In this document: positions 9,895-20,128 of the stretch, piece by piece | Numbering within the stretch: position 1 is the first letter of the stretch | Layout: each line of letters opens with the position of its first letter | DNA from: an uncultured Halobacteriovorax sp. | GTDB taxonomy: Bacteria > Bdellovibrionota > Bacteriovoracia > Bacteriovoracales > Bacteriovoracaceae | Direction: 5' to 3' | Assembly (NCBI GenBank): GCA_964352405.1 | Contig: CAYGRY010000005.1 | Coordinates: 4,659-68,658, forward strand | Length of the DNA stretch: 64,000 bases | The notes under the pieces: model-generated | The model's input: the letters and a program-made list of their open reading frames with translations, nothing else | The model's database searches: none | What the model was told of the DNA's origin: nothing | Program-made: the position numbers and the translations under genes

Positions 9895-10293
9895 ATGCCA
9901 TTAAAAGCCAGTATGAACATTCTGGTCATTGACACAAATTCGACTATGAGACAAAACGTAAAAAAACTTTTGTCTGATATTGGCTTTAAAAATATTAAAG
10001 AAGCGGCTAATGGCAAGAAAGCTCTAGAAGTCTTAGAAGAAAGTAATGTAATTGAGCAACCTATTGAGTTTATTATTTCCGAACTTGAGCTTGAAAAGAT
10101 GACTGCTATTGAGCTTCTTGTAACAATTAGAAAAGATCCTAAAAATGCTAAAACTAAGTTTTTGTTGATGACTGGTGATAGTGACCAGCAAAAAATGATG
10201 CAAGCAATTCGTGCTGGTGTTAACAATGTTGTAGTTAAACCTTTTTCAGCAGATATGCTAAAAGAGAAAATTGCAAAGATTTATGGTCAGTAG
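9895..10293 (+). CDS. CheY-like single-domain response regulator with acceptor Asp replaced by Glu
   Basis: Aligns by eye along the whole of E. coli CheY: VIDTNSTMR (DD to DT), FIISELELE (D57 to E), LLMTGDS (Thr kept), VVVKPF (Lys kept). Confidence 0.85.
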   Translation: MPLKASMNILVIDTNSTMRQNVKKLLSDIGFKNIKEAANGKKALEVLEESNVIEQPIEFIISELELEKMTAIELLVTIRKDPKNAKTKFLLMTGDSDQQKMMQAIRAGVNNVVVKPFSADMLKEKIAKIYGQ

Positions 10294-10302
10294 CATCTAC
10301 TG

Positions 10303-11466
10303 CTAGTTACCTTGATACTCTTCATAAGGATACTTGTTCACCCCTTCCCAGTTATTCAAAGCTAGCTCAAGATTGGCAAAAGGTGGAAGCCCTGGTTTTA
10401 CTTTCTCTTTTACATCAATCTGAGCATAAGTTAGCTGTCTAGATTCTCGTCCTCTGGCAAAATCAAGATGATACATATTAGTCCACGTGCCTGTATTGAT
10501 AAAGACCTTACCATCGGCATTACTTCTAAAAATAGGTTCGTGAGTATGGCCAACAATAAGGGCTTTAAGGTCTTCTCTTTTATGTAGCATCTCTTGAGTG
10601 ATTTCTTCGTAGTCTTGAAATAGGTGAAGTTCGTTAACAGCGTAAGCGACCGCATTCTTAATACTTTTGTTTTGTCTAAACAAGAAATTAAATCTAACCA
10701 TGATAAAATAATAACAAGTCTGAAATAAAAATCTTAAAATGAATAAAGTATCGTAAATGAGACCATTGATAATAAACTTTTTAATCGGTCTAACAGCGTT
10801 GATATGACCACGCTCTTCTTTAAACTTATTAATGACACGAATAACGTAATAAGAGCCCCAAGGAGGAATAAAATGTTTAATTCCTTTTCCATCTTCAAAA
10901 ACTGAAGCCTTAGGATCGAATTGGTGAGCAATTTCATATTCATGACCATGTTTAATCGCTACTCCGGCCACTGGCATATATTCTTGAGTATTGTCCGTAA
11001 TAATTCGAACTTTCTCACGATCTTTTTCTTCAAAGCATTCTAAAAATCGCTGTTGTAAGCTTTCAAGAATCATTTCTGCATCATGATTACCGATAATATA
11101 AACGATCGTTTTTTTCTTACCAGCTGCAAAATCACTTAAAGCCTGCATCACTTCTCTGTGAGCTTTTAACATCATCTCTAGCTTCGCTAAAGCCGCTGGC
11201 TCACTCCAATACTCATCATCGTAAAAGGGAACAAAGGGAACTGCGAGATGATCAAAAAAATCACCATTAATAACTAATTCAACTTCTCTTTCTTTATATT
11301 CACCGCTGCAATAGTAATGTAGAAACTCCACCATCTGCTCATCGTAATGAAAGTCTTCTAAATAATTGCGCTGGCCCTTCACAATAGCACCGGCTCCCAG
11401 ATGAATATCCGAGATCACAATAATCGTTTTCTTAATGGGATGCTTACCTCTGCGGAGGAATCTCAT
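10303..11466 (-). CDS. calcineurin-like metallophosphoesterase with a hydrophobic segment
   Basis: Motifs VISDIHLG, INGDFFDH, IGNHD, KHGHE, VGHTHEP; the ATG at 11466 with GAAGG upstream is preferred over the TTG at 11481. Confidence 0.8.
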   Translation of the reverse strand: MRFLRRGKHPIKKTIIVISDIHLGAGAIVKGQRNYLEDFHYDEQMVEFLHYYCSGEYKEREVELVINGDFFDHLAVPFVPFYDDEYWSEPAALAKLEMMLKAHREVMQALSDFAAGKKKTIVYIIGNHDAEMILESLQQRFLECFEEKDREKVRIITDNTQEYMPVAGVAIKHGHEYEIAHQFDPKASVFEDGKGIKHFIPPWGSYYVIRVINKFKEERGHINAVRPIKKFIINGLIYDTLFILRFLFQTCYYFIMVRFNFLFRQNKSIKNAVAYAVNELHLFQDYEEITQEMLHKREDLKALIVGHTHEPIFRSNADGKVFINTGTWTNMYHLDFARGRESRQLTYAQIDVKEKVKPGLPPFANLELALNNWEGVNKYPYEEYQGN

Positions 11467-11809
11467 ATGGCCTTCTTCCAAATTCTAATTGAACTTCTTG
11501 AAATGATGGAGACAAAGGTATCAGTGTAGCGCTCTCGCCTTTTTTAAGCTCAAGATCAACAGAGACAAAGGCTCCAGGTTTAATGCTGAATGAAGTTACT
11601 TTACGCTGCTCTTGACCTGCTCTAATTTCACCATAGATTGTCACTAATGTTTTATTTTGCAAGGTCATATTGGTTCCTTGCTTCCAACCAATAGGACCAA
11701 CGACTTTAAAATGATCATCATTGGCGGTAACAACAAAAGACTCTGAGCTCTCCATGGAGAAAACTGAGTTAAAACCGAGCAAAAATGTCAGAAAGATTAA
11801 TTTCCTCAT
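11444..11809 (-). CDS. small secreted hypothetical protein
   Basis: 121 aa with N-terminal signal peptide MRKLIFLTFLLGFNSVFS; overlaps the downstream gene. Confidence 0.55.
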   Translation of the reverse strand: MRKLIFLTFLLGFNSVFSMESSESFVVTANDDHFKVVGPIGWKQGTNMTLQNKTLVTIYGEIRAGQEQRKVTSFSIKPGAFVSVDLELKKGESATLIPLSPSFQEVQLEFGRRPYEIPPQR

Positions 11810-11873
11810 AAGTTATAGTAACTCAATACCTACTACCTTGGCAGGAAGAACTTTCCGCCGCCTCTTAAAACAA

Positions 11874-11900
11874 CCAAGATAATCCCCATTAAGCCGATAA
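11874..11900 (+). promoter_or_regulatory. possible sigma-28-type promoter (good -10, weak -35)
   Basis: CCAAGATA-N11-GCCGATAA, 17 nt upstream of the ATG at 11918, with AGGGGG as Shine-Dalgarno in between. Confidence 0.3.
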
Positions 11901-11917
11901 GTCACTAGGGGGCTTCT

Positions 11918-12454
11918 ATGCTTGATTTTATTCGCTCATTTAAAAAGAAAAAGACTCTAAACAAAGCTGAGCTGATTACTCGCTTTAGCGAACACCCTGA
12001 ACATGAATGGATAAAAAATGATCCTACGATCTCACGTCTTGTTCGCATTCTTTGCGACTCTTGGACAACCGAAGTCTATGAATTTCTAGCCAATGGCAAT
12101 GAGATCTTAATTATTAAGGCGCAAGGCCAACTTGCTAGCGCCATGTCGTCTATTAATAAGACCAACGTTGTCCTTGCCTACCCTGACCTCGTCGCCATTT
12201 TAAGGTCCGCCTCACCTATGCGAGGCGTAGCCATCTTAGCTCATGAAATTGGCCATATCGTTAAAGAACATTCAAAAAGAAAAATCTCAAATTTAGAAGC
12301 ACAGATAGAAGCTGATCGAGTTGCTTTTGAAATGGGTTTTGGTGAAGATCTTGAGCACGTATTGATTGAACATGAACACTCAATTGATTGTCGTGTAAGA
12401 ATAGCTAAGCTAACTCAATATTATTATTCTAGTAAGAATGAAGTATCAGAGTAA
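11918..12454 (+). CDS. putative zinc metallopeptidase (HEXXH)
   Basis: AILAHEIGHIVKEH followed by EADRVAFEMG, resembling M48 or ImmA/IrrE-type HEXXH peptidases. Confidence 0.6.
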   Translation: MLDFIRSFKKKKTLNKAELITRFSEHPEHEWIKNDPTISRLVRILCDSWTTEVYEFLANGNEILIIKAQGQLASAMSSINKTNVVLAYPDLVAILRSASPMRGVAILAHEIGHIVKEHSKRKISNLEAQIEADRVAFEMGFGEDLEHVLIEHEHSIDCRVRIAKLTQYYYSSKNEVSE

Positions 12455-13415
12455 TCCCGGATTTGAAGCTTATTTTGGCTTAATATTTACCCTTGTTGGA
12501 TTCATTATATTAATTGCTGGTCTTCATCCAGACATTGTGTGGTCTGGACAAAGACCCTCAATTTATTTTTTAATTCCATTTTGCTCTATATTTATTTTCG
12601 TTGGATTCATTCCAGTTCTTTTTCGAAGGAATTTTGAAATTGATGAAGTTCAACAAAAAATTGTCTCTTATAAAAAAATAATTAAAAAGTTTGATGTGAA
12701 AGAGTTTTCGTTTAGAGATATTTCAAGTCTAGAGATTGTAGAAAATCATCAAGAAGGTAAAAACTCATATGAATTATTAATTCTAAACTATGATCAAACT
12801 AAAAGTAGTGTCTTGAAAGCCTATTCCAAGCTTCTTCTTTTTTCCTTGCAAAAAGTTATTGAAAGTAAAGTTTTCAAGAATAGTCAGGACAGCGAACTAG
12901 TTCCAGTCTCTCCATCAACTAAAGCGATTCAGTTATATAGAGAAGGAACAAAAACATATATTGAACTTCCTTCAATTGGACTTATAAACCAGCCTTTATT
13001 TTGGATTGCAACATTACCTTTAGCTGGTTTTACTTTTATCAGTACTCTCTTCGTTAAAACACTTGAAAGTGATCCCCCTCTCATTTTTAATCTGGTCTTT
13101 ATCTTTCCATTGATCGTGGTTTTGATTCTACTTGCTTTAAAATTTTGCGTTAAGACGATGCTCATTTTGGATCATAAAAAGCTAAAAATAATTAAATCCT
13201 TTTTATTCTTAAAAAAATCCACAGAAGTAGAACTAGATCATATTGTCGATTTTTCATCTCCTGAGGACAGCACTCAAAGTCGCCGCTTGTTTCAATCAAA
13301 CTTATATTCGTTAAGTATCATTGTAAAAATGCAGGAGATTCATTGTGGCTATTTTAAAAATATTGATGATGTAAAATATGTCACTTATCTTATAAAATCT
13401 AAAAAACAAGCCTAG
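12438..13415 (+). CDS. membrane protein of unknown function
   Basis: 325 aa with two pairs of TM segments; 17-nt overlap with the upstream HEXXH gene suggests translational coupling. Confidence 0.6.
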   Translation: MKYQSNPGFEAYFGLIFTLVGFIILIAGLHPDIVWSGQRPSIYFLIPFCSIFIFVGFIPVLFRRNFEIDEVQQKIVSYKKIIKKFDVKEFSFRDISSLEIVENHQEGKNSYELLILNYDQTKSSVLKAYSKLLLFSLQKVIESKVFKNSQDSELVPVSPSTKAIQLYREGTKTYIELPSIGLINQPLFWIATLPLAGFTFISTLFVKTLESDPPLIFNLVFIFPLIVVLILLALKFCVKTMLILDHKKLKIIKSFLFLKKSTEVELDHIVDFSSPEDSTQSRRLFQSNLYSLSIIVKMQEIHCGYFKNIDDVKYVTYLIKSKKQA

Positions 13416-15402
13416 CTTGAGTCAGCTCTTTAATTTCATCGCGAATTTTCGCAGCATCTTCAAAACGTAACTCTTTAGAAGCTACCTTCATTTCATTTTT
13501 AAGTTCTACAATTCGCTTATCAATAGCTGCAAGATCGACATGTTCAATAACCGTTGCGGCTTTTTTACCTTTCTTGGAATTTTTTACGCCTCGTAGAGTT
13601 TCAATGACTCCCCCACTAACAGATTTAATAATAGTAGTCGGAGTAATACCGTGCTTAGTATTAAAATCCTCTTGAATAGTCCGCCTTCTTTTTGTCTCAC
13701 TTATGGCCTTTGCCATACTTTTTGTTTCTTTATAGGCATAAAGAATGACTCGTCCTTCTGAGTTTCTTGCAGCTCGTCCAATTGTTTGAATCAGTGATCT
13801 TTCGGAGCGAAGAAATCCCTCTTTATCAGCATCAAAAATTCCAACCAAAGCGACTTCTGGTAAATCCAAGCCCTCTCTTAAAAGGTTAATACCAACTAAG
13901 ATATCAAACTCTCCAAGCCTTAGATCTCGTAAGATTTCCATTCGCTCCAATGTATCAATGTCGGAGTGAAGGTAGCGAATTCTCATCCCTACACTTTGAT
14001 AATATGAAGTCAGCTCTTCTGCTAATTTTTTTGTAAGCGTTGTCGCTAGTACTCTAAAGCCTTTCTTTATCGAAGCTTTAGCTTCAACTAAAAAATCATC
14101 AACTTGTCCTGAAGCATCTCTAACATCTATAACTGGATCTAAAAGTCCGGTAGGGCGGATAATTTGCTCAACAAACTCTCCCCCAGTTTTTTCTAGTTCA
14201 TAGTTTCCGGGAGTAGCCGATACAAACATAACCTTAGAATATTTCGACTCGAACTCTTGAAAATTTAAAGGTCTATTATCAAGTGCACTTGGAAGCCTAA
14301 AGCCATAATTGACCAAGTTCTCTTTTCTAGCGCGATCCCCTTTATACATGCCACCAACTTGAGAGCAAGTGATATGGGACTCATCAATAATAAAAAGAAA
14401 GTCGTCACCAAAGAAGTCAATTAATGTCGGAGGTGGCTCTCCAGGCTGTGCTCCAGTCATATGGCGAGAGTAGTTTTCAATACCCGAGCAAAAGCCAATC
14501 TCTTCAAGCATCTCAAGATCAAGCATCGTTCTTTGCTCTAGACGCTGACGCTCGACTAACTTCTCTTGTGCCTGCAAATCTTGAAGCGTATGTCTTAATT
14601 CAATTTTAATAGCCTCGATGGCACTCTTAAGTTTTTCTTCACCGACAACATAGTGAGACTTAGGATAAATCGTCACACTCGTTAATGTATCAATGACTTT
14701 TCCTCGAAGCGGATCGACAATCGTAATATTTTCTAATTCATCATCAAAGAATTCGAGACGAATAACATTAGCGTCTTCGTGCGCTGGAAAAACCTCAACT
14801 AAATCTCCCCTGACTCTAAAACGACCACGAGTAAAATCAATATCATTGCGTTCATATTGAATCGCCACAAGCTTTCTTAAAAAATCATCACGATCGAGTC
14901 TGTCCCCTGTGAACAGCTTAAAACGTTGTTCTTTATATTCGTCAGGAGAACCAATACCGTAAATACAAGAAACCGAAGCAATGACGATAACGTCATCTCG
15001 TTCTAATAGTGATCTGGTGGCGGCATGCCTTAGTTTATCGATTTCATCATTAACAGAGGAGTCTTTTTCAATATAAGTATCGGAACCTGGTACATAGGCC
15101 TCGGGCTGATAATAGTCGTAATAAGAAACAAAATATTCCACAGCGTTATGAGGAAAAAACTCTTTAAACTCTGCATAAAGCTGAGCCGCAAGGGTTTTAT
15201 TATGGGCCAAAATTAAAGTTTTTTTACCTAGTCTTTGAATCATATTGGCCATGGTAAATGTCTTACCAGAGCCAGTGACACCTAGAAGTGTTTGAAACTT
15301 CTTACCCTCTTTAAAGCCTTCTTCAAGCAGAGTTATAGCTTGTCCCTGATCTCCAGCTGGGGAGTATTTAGATTCAAGTTTAAAAGGCGTTTCCATCATC
15401 AT
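13399..15402 (-). CDS. uvrB: excinuclease ABC subunit B
   Basis: [12 protein letters not shown] Walker A, DESH box, [19 protein letters not shown]-terminal UVR motif [11 protein letters not shown]. Confidence 0.95.
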   Translation of the reverse strand: MMMETPFKLESKYSPAGDQGQAITLLEEGFKEGKKFQTLLGVTGSGKTFTMANMIQRLGKKTLILAHNKTLAAQLYAEFKEFFPHNAVEYFVSYYDYYQPEAYVPGSDTYIEKDSSVNDEIDKLRHAATRSLLERDDVIVIASVSCIYGIGSPDEYKEQRFKLFTGDRLDRDDFLRKLVAIQYERNDIDFTRGRFRVRGDLVEVFPAHEDANVIRLEFFDDELENITIVDPLRGKVIDTLTSVTIYPKSHYVVGEEKLKSAIEAIKIELRHTLQDLQAQEKLVERQRLEQRTMLDLEMLEEIGFCSGIENYSRHMTGAQPGEPPPTLIDFFGDDFLFIIDESHITCSQVGGMYKGDRARKENLVNYGFRLPSALDNRPLNFQEFESKYSKVMFVSATPGNYELEKTGGEFVEQIIRPTGLLDPVIDVRDASGQVDDFLVEAKASIKKGFRVLATTLTKKLAEELTSYYQSVGMRIRYLHSDIDTLERMEILRDLRLGEFDILVGINLLREGLDLPEVALVGIFDADKEGFLRSERSLIQTIGRAARNSEGRVILYAYKETKSMAKAISETKRRRTIQEDFNTKHGITPTTIIKSVSGGVIETLRGVKNSKKGKKAATVIEHVDLAAIDKRIVELKNEMKVASKELRFEDAAKIRDEIKELTQARLVF

Positions 15403-15442
15403 CCTAGTTTTCGTTTAACAATTCTAAAGGTAGCATGATGCT

Positions 15443-16678
15443 ATGAAAAAAACTGCCCGCGCCCCATTAGAAATGAAATCGTCTATTCTACATTTTGACG
15501 GCAAATCACTGAGTGAAATTGTCAAAAATATAGAAACTCCCTTTTATTTATATAGCGAGAAGGTACTTACTGAGCAGTACCTTTCATTTATCGGTGCGGC
15601 CAAAGACAATAATATTCCTAATCCCCTAGTCTGCTTTGCTCTTAAGGCTAACCCTAACCCATGGCTCGTTAGCACTCTTGCAAGCCTAGGTTCAGGCGCT
15701 GACACAGTCTCAGGGGGAGAAATGAAGCGCGCTCTTGAAAGTGGTATTGATGCTTCAAAAATTGTCTTTTCAGGTGTGGCCAAAAATGAAAAAGAAATTA
15801 GGGCCGCCCTTCAAGCCGGTATTTTATCGATTAATGTTGAAAGTGTAAGTGAAATGGAGATGATCGCTGAATGTGCCCAGGAACTTGGAGTTAAAGCACA
15901 AGTCGCTTTAAGAATTAATCCAAAAGTAAACGTCATCACCCATAAACATATTTCTACTGGAAATAAATCTCATAAATTTGGAATGCTAACTTCAGATGCT
16001 AGAGCTCTCATTAAAGATATGTCACTTTGGGAGCACGTCGATTTAGTTGGTCTTTCGATTCATATTGGAAGTCAGTTAACCGACTTAACCGCAACTTCTC
16101 AAGCTATTAAAGAAATGGTTGGACTGGCCAACGAAGTTCCTCACCCACTTAAGTTTATTGATGTCGGTGGTGGTCTTGGGATCGACTATTCAATTGAAGA
16201 TGAGGATAAAGTTTCTAGCCCGCAAAAATATATGGCGGTGGTTAGCGAAGCTTTATTAGGACTCAAACAAAAAGATAAAATCATGACAGTCTTTGAACCA
16301 GGACGCTTCATTGCTGCTCGCTGTGGAGTACTTGTTTCAAAAATTGTCAGAACCAAGTCTTCAGAAGATTATAACTTTGCTATTCTTGATGCCGGAATGA
16401 ACGATTTTGCTCGTCCTGCCATTTATGAAGCTCACCATGAAATCTACCCACTAGAAATTAAAAACGATAAGACAATGAAATGGGAAGTCGTTGGACCTAT
16501 ATGCGAAACGACAGATTGTTTTGCTAAGCAACGAGAACTTCCAGAACTGAAGGCTAAGGATTATCTCGTCATCGCTGATGCTGGAGCCTACGGTCGCTCC
16601 ATGGCCAGTCACTATAATCTACGCGATATCGCCAAAGAATACTGCTTGGATAAAAATCAAAAGATTAATCTAGTTTAG
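15443..16678 (+). CDS. lysA: diaminopimelate decarboxylase
   Basis: FALKANPN (PLP lysine), HIGSQ, DVGGGLGI, EPGR, CETTD, GAYG motifs. Confidence 0.9.
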   Translation: MKKTARAPLEMKSSILHFDGKSLSEIVKNIETPFYLYSEKVLTEQYLSFIGAAKDNNIPNPLVCFALKANPNPWLVSTLASLGSGADTVSGGEMKRALESGIDASKIVFSGVAKNEKEIRAALQAGILSINVESVSEMEMIAECAQELGVKAQVALRINPKVNVITHKHISTGNKSHKFGMLTSDARALIKDMSLWEHVDLVGLSIHIGSQLTDLTATSQAIKEMVGLANEVPHPLKFIDVGGGLGIDYSIEDEDKVSSPQKYMAVVSEALLGLKQKDKIMTVFEPGRFIAARCGVLVSKIVRTKSSEDYNFAILDAGMNDFARPAIYEAHHEIYPLEIKNDKTMKWEVVGPICETTDCFAKQRELPELKAKDYLVIADAGAYGRSMASHYNLRDIAKEYCLDKNQKINLV

Positions 16679-16679
16679 C

Positions 16680-18125
16680 TTATTCGTATGACCAGCTAAC
16701 TGTTCCATCTGGATTGTCTTTAAGTACAATGCCGGCTGCTTTAAACTGATCGCGAATTTTATCTGCTGTGGCCCAATCTTTATTGGCACGAGCAATTCCT
16801 CGATCTTTAATCAGTTGTTCAATAGCGGCGTCATCAAGAGTGCCGGCCTTACCAGAAAGCTTTCCCTTAGCGGCGTTAACCTTCTCTAAAACGGCATTTG
16901 CATCTTGATGAATAAGACCAGTCGCTAGAGTAAAAAACTCGATAGTTTCTTTAATAATCTTTAAGACTTTCGCTGATGGCTGTTTGCCTTGATACTCACG
17001 ATTCACTGTTTTCATAAAGCTATAAAAAGCTAGCTGCGCCGTAGGTACGTTAAAATCATTAGCGAGTTCATCACGCATTTTAGGCAGACACGCTTCAAGC
17101 TCGCTTAAACCAGATTCATGTTCGCCTACTTTCATTGACGAAACTTCTAAAGCAAAAATATGCAGGCGCTCGACTTCATCAAGTGCTCTTTTTATCAAAT
17201 CATCACTCCAATCCATTTTAGATCTATAATGAACTGAAGCCAGCATATGGCGAAGGATCTCTCCTCCAAACTCTTGAACGAACTTTCTAATTGTCACCAC
17301 ATTGCCGAGGGACTTTGACATCTTTTCACTGCCAAAATTTAAAAATTCATTATGTACCCAACAGCCAGAAAAATTACAGCCATTAGCAGCTTCACTTTGA
17401 GCGATTTCATTTTCATGGTGAGGGAACATCAGATCAATGCCACCATGGTGTAGATCAAAGCTATCGCCTAAAAATTTCTTCGACATGGCCGAACATTCAA
17501 TATGCCAACCCGGACGGCCTTTGCCCCAAGGAGAATCCCATGAAGGCTCCCCTGGCTTGGCAGGCTTCCATAAAACGAAGTCAGATGGGTGCTTTTTCTT
17601 ACCATCAACCTCAACACGAATTCCATGCTGAAGGCTTTCTAGATTAATTTTGGAAAGTTTGCCGTACTCTTTAAACTTAGGAACGCTATAAAGAACCTCG
17701 CCTTCAACTTCATAGGCATACCCTTTTTCAATAAGAGTTTTAACCATTTCGATAATTTCGGGCATGGTTTCACTTACTTTTGGCGTATGGGTTGCTGGCA
17801 ACATGCCAAGACTATCCATATCAGTCAGTACTTCATCGACATATTTCTGGGCGTGTTCTAAAGCTCCAACTTTTAATTCATTAGCGCGCTCAATAATCTT
17901 GTCATCAACGTCGGTAAAATTTCGAACATAAGTGACTTTATAGTCTAGAGCTAGAAAAATTCTGTGAATGAGATCTGCTACAACGAATGAACGACCATTA
18001 CCAACGTGAACAAAGTCATAAGTCGTGGGTCCGCAAGAGTAGAAGCCGACCTTTCCAGGCTGGATAGGTTTAAATGCTTCTTTTGATCTCGATAAATTAT
18101 TAAAGACTTTGATTTCGTGAGCCAC
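16680..18125 (-). CDS. cysS: cysteine--tRNA ligase
   Basis: CGPTTYDFVHVGNGR (HIGH-type), WHIECS, KMSKS, DALR-like C-terminus. Confidence 0.95.
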   Translation of the reverse strand: MAHEIKVFNNLSRSKEAFKPIQPGKVGFYSCGPTTYDFVHVGNGRSFVVADLIHRIFLALDYKVTYVRNFTDVDDKIIERANELKVGALEHAQKYVDEVLTDMDSLGMLPATHTPKVSETMPEIIEMVKTLIEKGYAYEVEGEVLYSVPKFKEYGKLSKINLESLQHGIRVEVDGKKKHPSDFVLWKPAKPGEPSWDSPWGKGRPGWHIECSAMSKKFLGDSFDLHHGGIDLMFPHHENEIAQSEAANGCNFSGCWVHNEFLNFGSEKMSKSLGNVVTIRKFVQEFGGEILRHMLASVHYRSKMDWSDDLIKRALDEVERLHIFALEVSSMKVGEHESGLSELEACLPKMRDELANDFNVPTAQLAFYSFMKTVNREYQGKQPSAKVLKIIKETIEFFTLATGLIHQDANAVLEKVNAAKGKLSGKAGTLDDAAIEQLIKDRGIARANKDWATADKIRDQFKAAGIVLKDNPDGTVSWSYE

Positions 18126-18275
18126 TGGCGCCTCCCTAAGCCTAGTTATTGTAGCTTAAGAAGGAAGAATCTGCATTAAAAGTCGATTATTATCATTGCT
18201 GCTTGGGCGAAACTGACGTTTCGCCAATCATCAAGGAAGACTACGCATCAAAAGCTTTGCTTTTGCTGCATGTCT

Positions 18276-18752
18276 TTAATTAAAAAATGAATCTATATTC
18301 GATTTAACGTTAGTTTTTTCTTCACCTTTAGAAAGTGAGATTTCTTGAGCGATTAGATCTTTACACTGATCCAGCATTTTCTTTTCACCAAAGCTTAGAT
18401 TCTTACGATTTTTAAGCAAGAAAAGAGCGCGTAGAACATCGGCAATCTCTAAAAGAGAGCCTGTTTTTACTTTAAGCATGTATTCACGATGACGTCTGTT
18501 CCAGGTGGAATTATCGACATCTACTTCATGATCATTCAATAACTTATAGACCAAATCGATCTCGTCGCTACCGACTAATCCTCTAATGCCATCAATAGTG
18601 TCGGTTGGAACCATCACTGTCATGCCATTTGAGATAATCTTCACTGAATAATACGTCTTGATTTCACCACCAAGATCGGTCTCTTTCAGGTCAATAACCT
18701 GTCCAACACCATGACCGGGGCAAACCGCGTAATCACCAATATTAAAAGTCAC
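18276..18752 (-). CDS. CarD/CdnL family transcriptional regulator
   Basis: FNIGDYAVCPGHGVGQVIDL ... YYSVKI ... MVP is a CarD N-terminal (TRCF-RID-like) domain; GGAGG lies 5 nt before the GTG at 18752; the longer ORF-track N-terminus is rejected. Confidence 0.85.
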   Translation of the reverse strand: MTFNIGDYAVCPGHGVGQVIDLKETDLGGEIKTYYSVKIISNGMTVMVPTDTIDGIRGLVGSDEIDLVYKLLNDHEVDVDNSTWNRRHREYMLKVKTGSLLEIADVLRALFLLKNRKNLSFGEKKMLDQCKDLIAQEISLSKGEEKTNVKSNIDSFFN

Positions 18753-19040
18753 ATAAACCTCCAAAGGAGTACAATACCGTGTGATAATAGCGCGAAGTGT
18801 CGTTCCCAACAACGCATGTTGTAATAATGACATGGTTCGTAACTCTTTAGGTTAAGCTTTTTAGGCTAACTTATCTGGGTGAAGCACCCAATGACATAAC
18901 AAGCTTTGAGTAAAAAGCATTAATAGCAGCTAAATATGAAATCTTTACACAGATCATAGAAAAGCATGGCTTTCGCTTGTTGCGCATAGCATAATACCCC
19001 TAATAAACAAATCACAACTACCAACTATGTGGAGTTATCT

Positions 19041-19637
19041 ATGAAATGGACAATGCTAGTTTTCTCATTATTAATCCTACCTAAGGCTAACGCTACTTTA
19101 CCAAGTCCATGTGAAGTAAAATGTGAAGCCGTAAAAGCTTACTACAGCTACAGCAACGTTAAACTGCTCCCGTCTGAAGGATCAGATAATTACTGTAAGA
19201 ATACAGGTCAACTCACCATTGGAAGTCTTGAAACTGGTGCAGATCTTCCAAACACAATCAACTTAGCAAGCGATAAATTTATATCTTGGAATAAAAGTGT
19301 TTCTTATATTGTTGCACCTAACTGTCAGGTTCCATCAGAATTACAAGAATACACAATTTCTCAAGATGACTTAAATCAGGCCATTGATGAATTCACTCGA
19401 AAAGCAAAAAAATGCTCAATTATTAGACACTATGAACACACTCAAACGGGAGAATTAAAGACTGAAGTTATTGCTACTTCGCAAGACGATCTGTTTAAAA
19501 CTAAAAACTTAGACCTAACTTCTGGATCCGATATTAGAAAGATCTCAGTTATCAGTGGTCTAAACTCCAAATTAAACGCCGAAACTAAAATTAGAAAAAA
19601 GCATCAATCACTTGTTGATCTTAATGTTTGTAGATAA
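19041..19637 (+). CDS. secreted hypothetical protein
   Basis: Signal peptide MKWTMLVFSLLILPKANA; Cys-containing mature part; ATG at 19041 with GTGGAG upstream. Confidence 0.6.
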   Translation: MKWTMLVFSLLILPKANATLPSPCEVKCEAVKAYYSYSNVKLLPSEGSDNYCKNTGQLTIGSLETGADLPNTINLASDKFISWNKSVSYIVAPNCQVPSELQEYTISQDDLNQAIDEFTRKAKKCSIIRHYEHTQTGELKTEVIATSQDDLFKTKNLDLTSGSDIRKISVISGLNSKLNAETKIRKKHQSLVDLNVCR

Positions 19638-19666
19638 AAAAAACCCCCTATATAAGGGGGCTTTCT
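19638..19666. terminator. bidirectional rho-independent terminator (19041 gene and ndk)
   Basis: AAAAAAA-CCCCC-TATATAA-GGGGG-CTTTCT; a T-run follows the stem on the minus strand. Confidence 0.65.
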
Positions 19667-19689
19667 ACTAAATGCTTTTTATATAGATA

Positions 19690-20112
19690 TTACCAGCGAC
19701 CAATAACTTCATTCTTATCAAAGAAATAGTTAATCTCGCGCTCAGCAGAAGCTGCTGAGTCAGAACCATGAACAGCGTTAGCTTCGATTGATTTAGCGTA
19801 AAGCTTACGAAGTGTACCTTCTTCAGCGTCAGCTGGGTTAGTTGCACCCATGATCTTACGGTTTTTCTCTACAGCGTTTTCACCTTCAAGAACCATAAGT
19901 AGAACTGGGCCTGAAGTCATGAAGCCAACTAGAGATCCAAAGAATGGACGCTCTTTATGTTCAATATAAAAACCTTCAGCTTTCTCTTTTGAAAGGTGAA
20001 CAAGTTTAGCAGCTGCAATACGAAGGCCTTCTTTTTCAAAACGTCCTACGATATTACCAATATTGTTATCTTCTACTGCGTTTGGCTTGATGATACTAAA
20101 TGTCTTTTCCAT
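19690..20112 (-). CDS. ndk: nucleoside-diphosphate kinase
   Basis: [26 protein letters not shown] (active-site His). Confidence 0.95.
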   Translation of the reverse strand: MEKTFSIIKPNAVEDNNIGNIVGRFEKEGLRIAAAKLVHLSKEKAEGFYIEHKERPFFGSLVGFMTSGPVLLMVLEGENAVEKNRKIMGATNPADAEEGTLRKLYAKSIEANAVHGSDSAASAEREINYFFDKNEVIGRW

Positions 20113-20128
20113 TAGATGCTCCTTTCAA

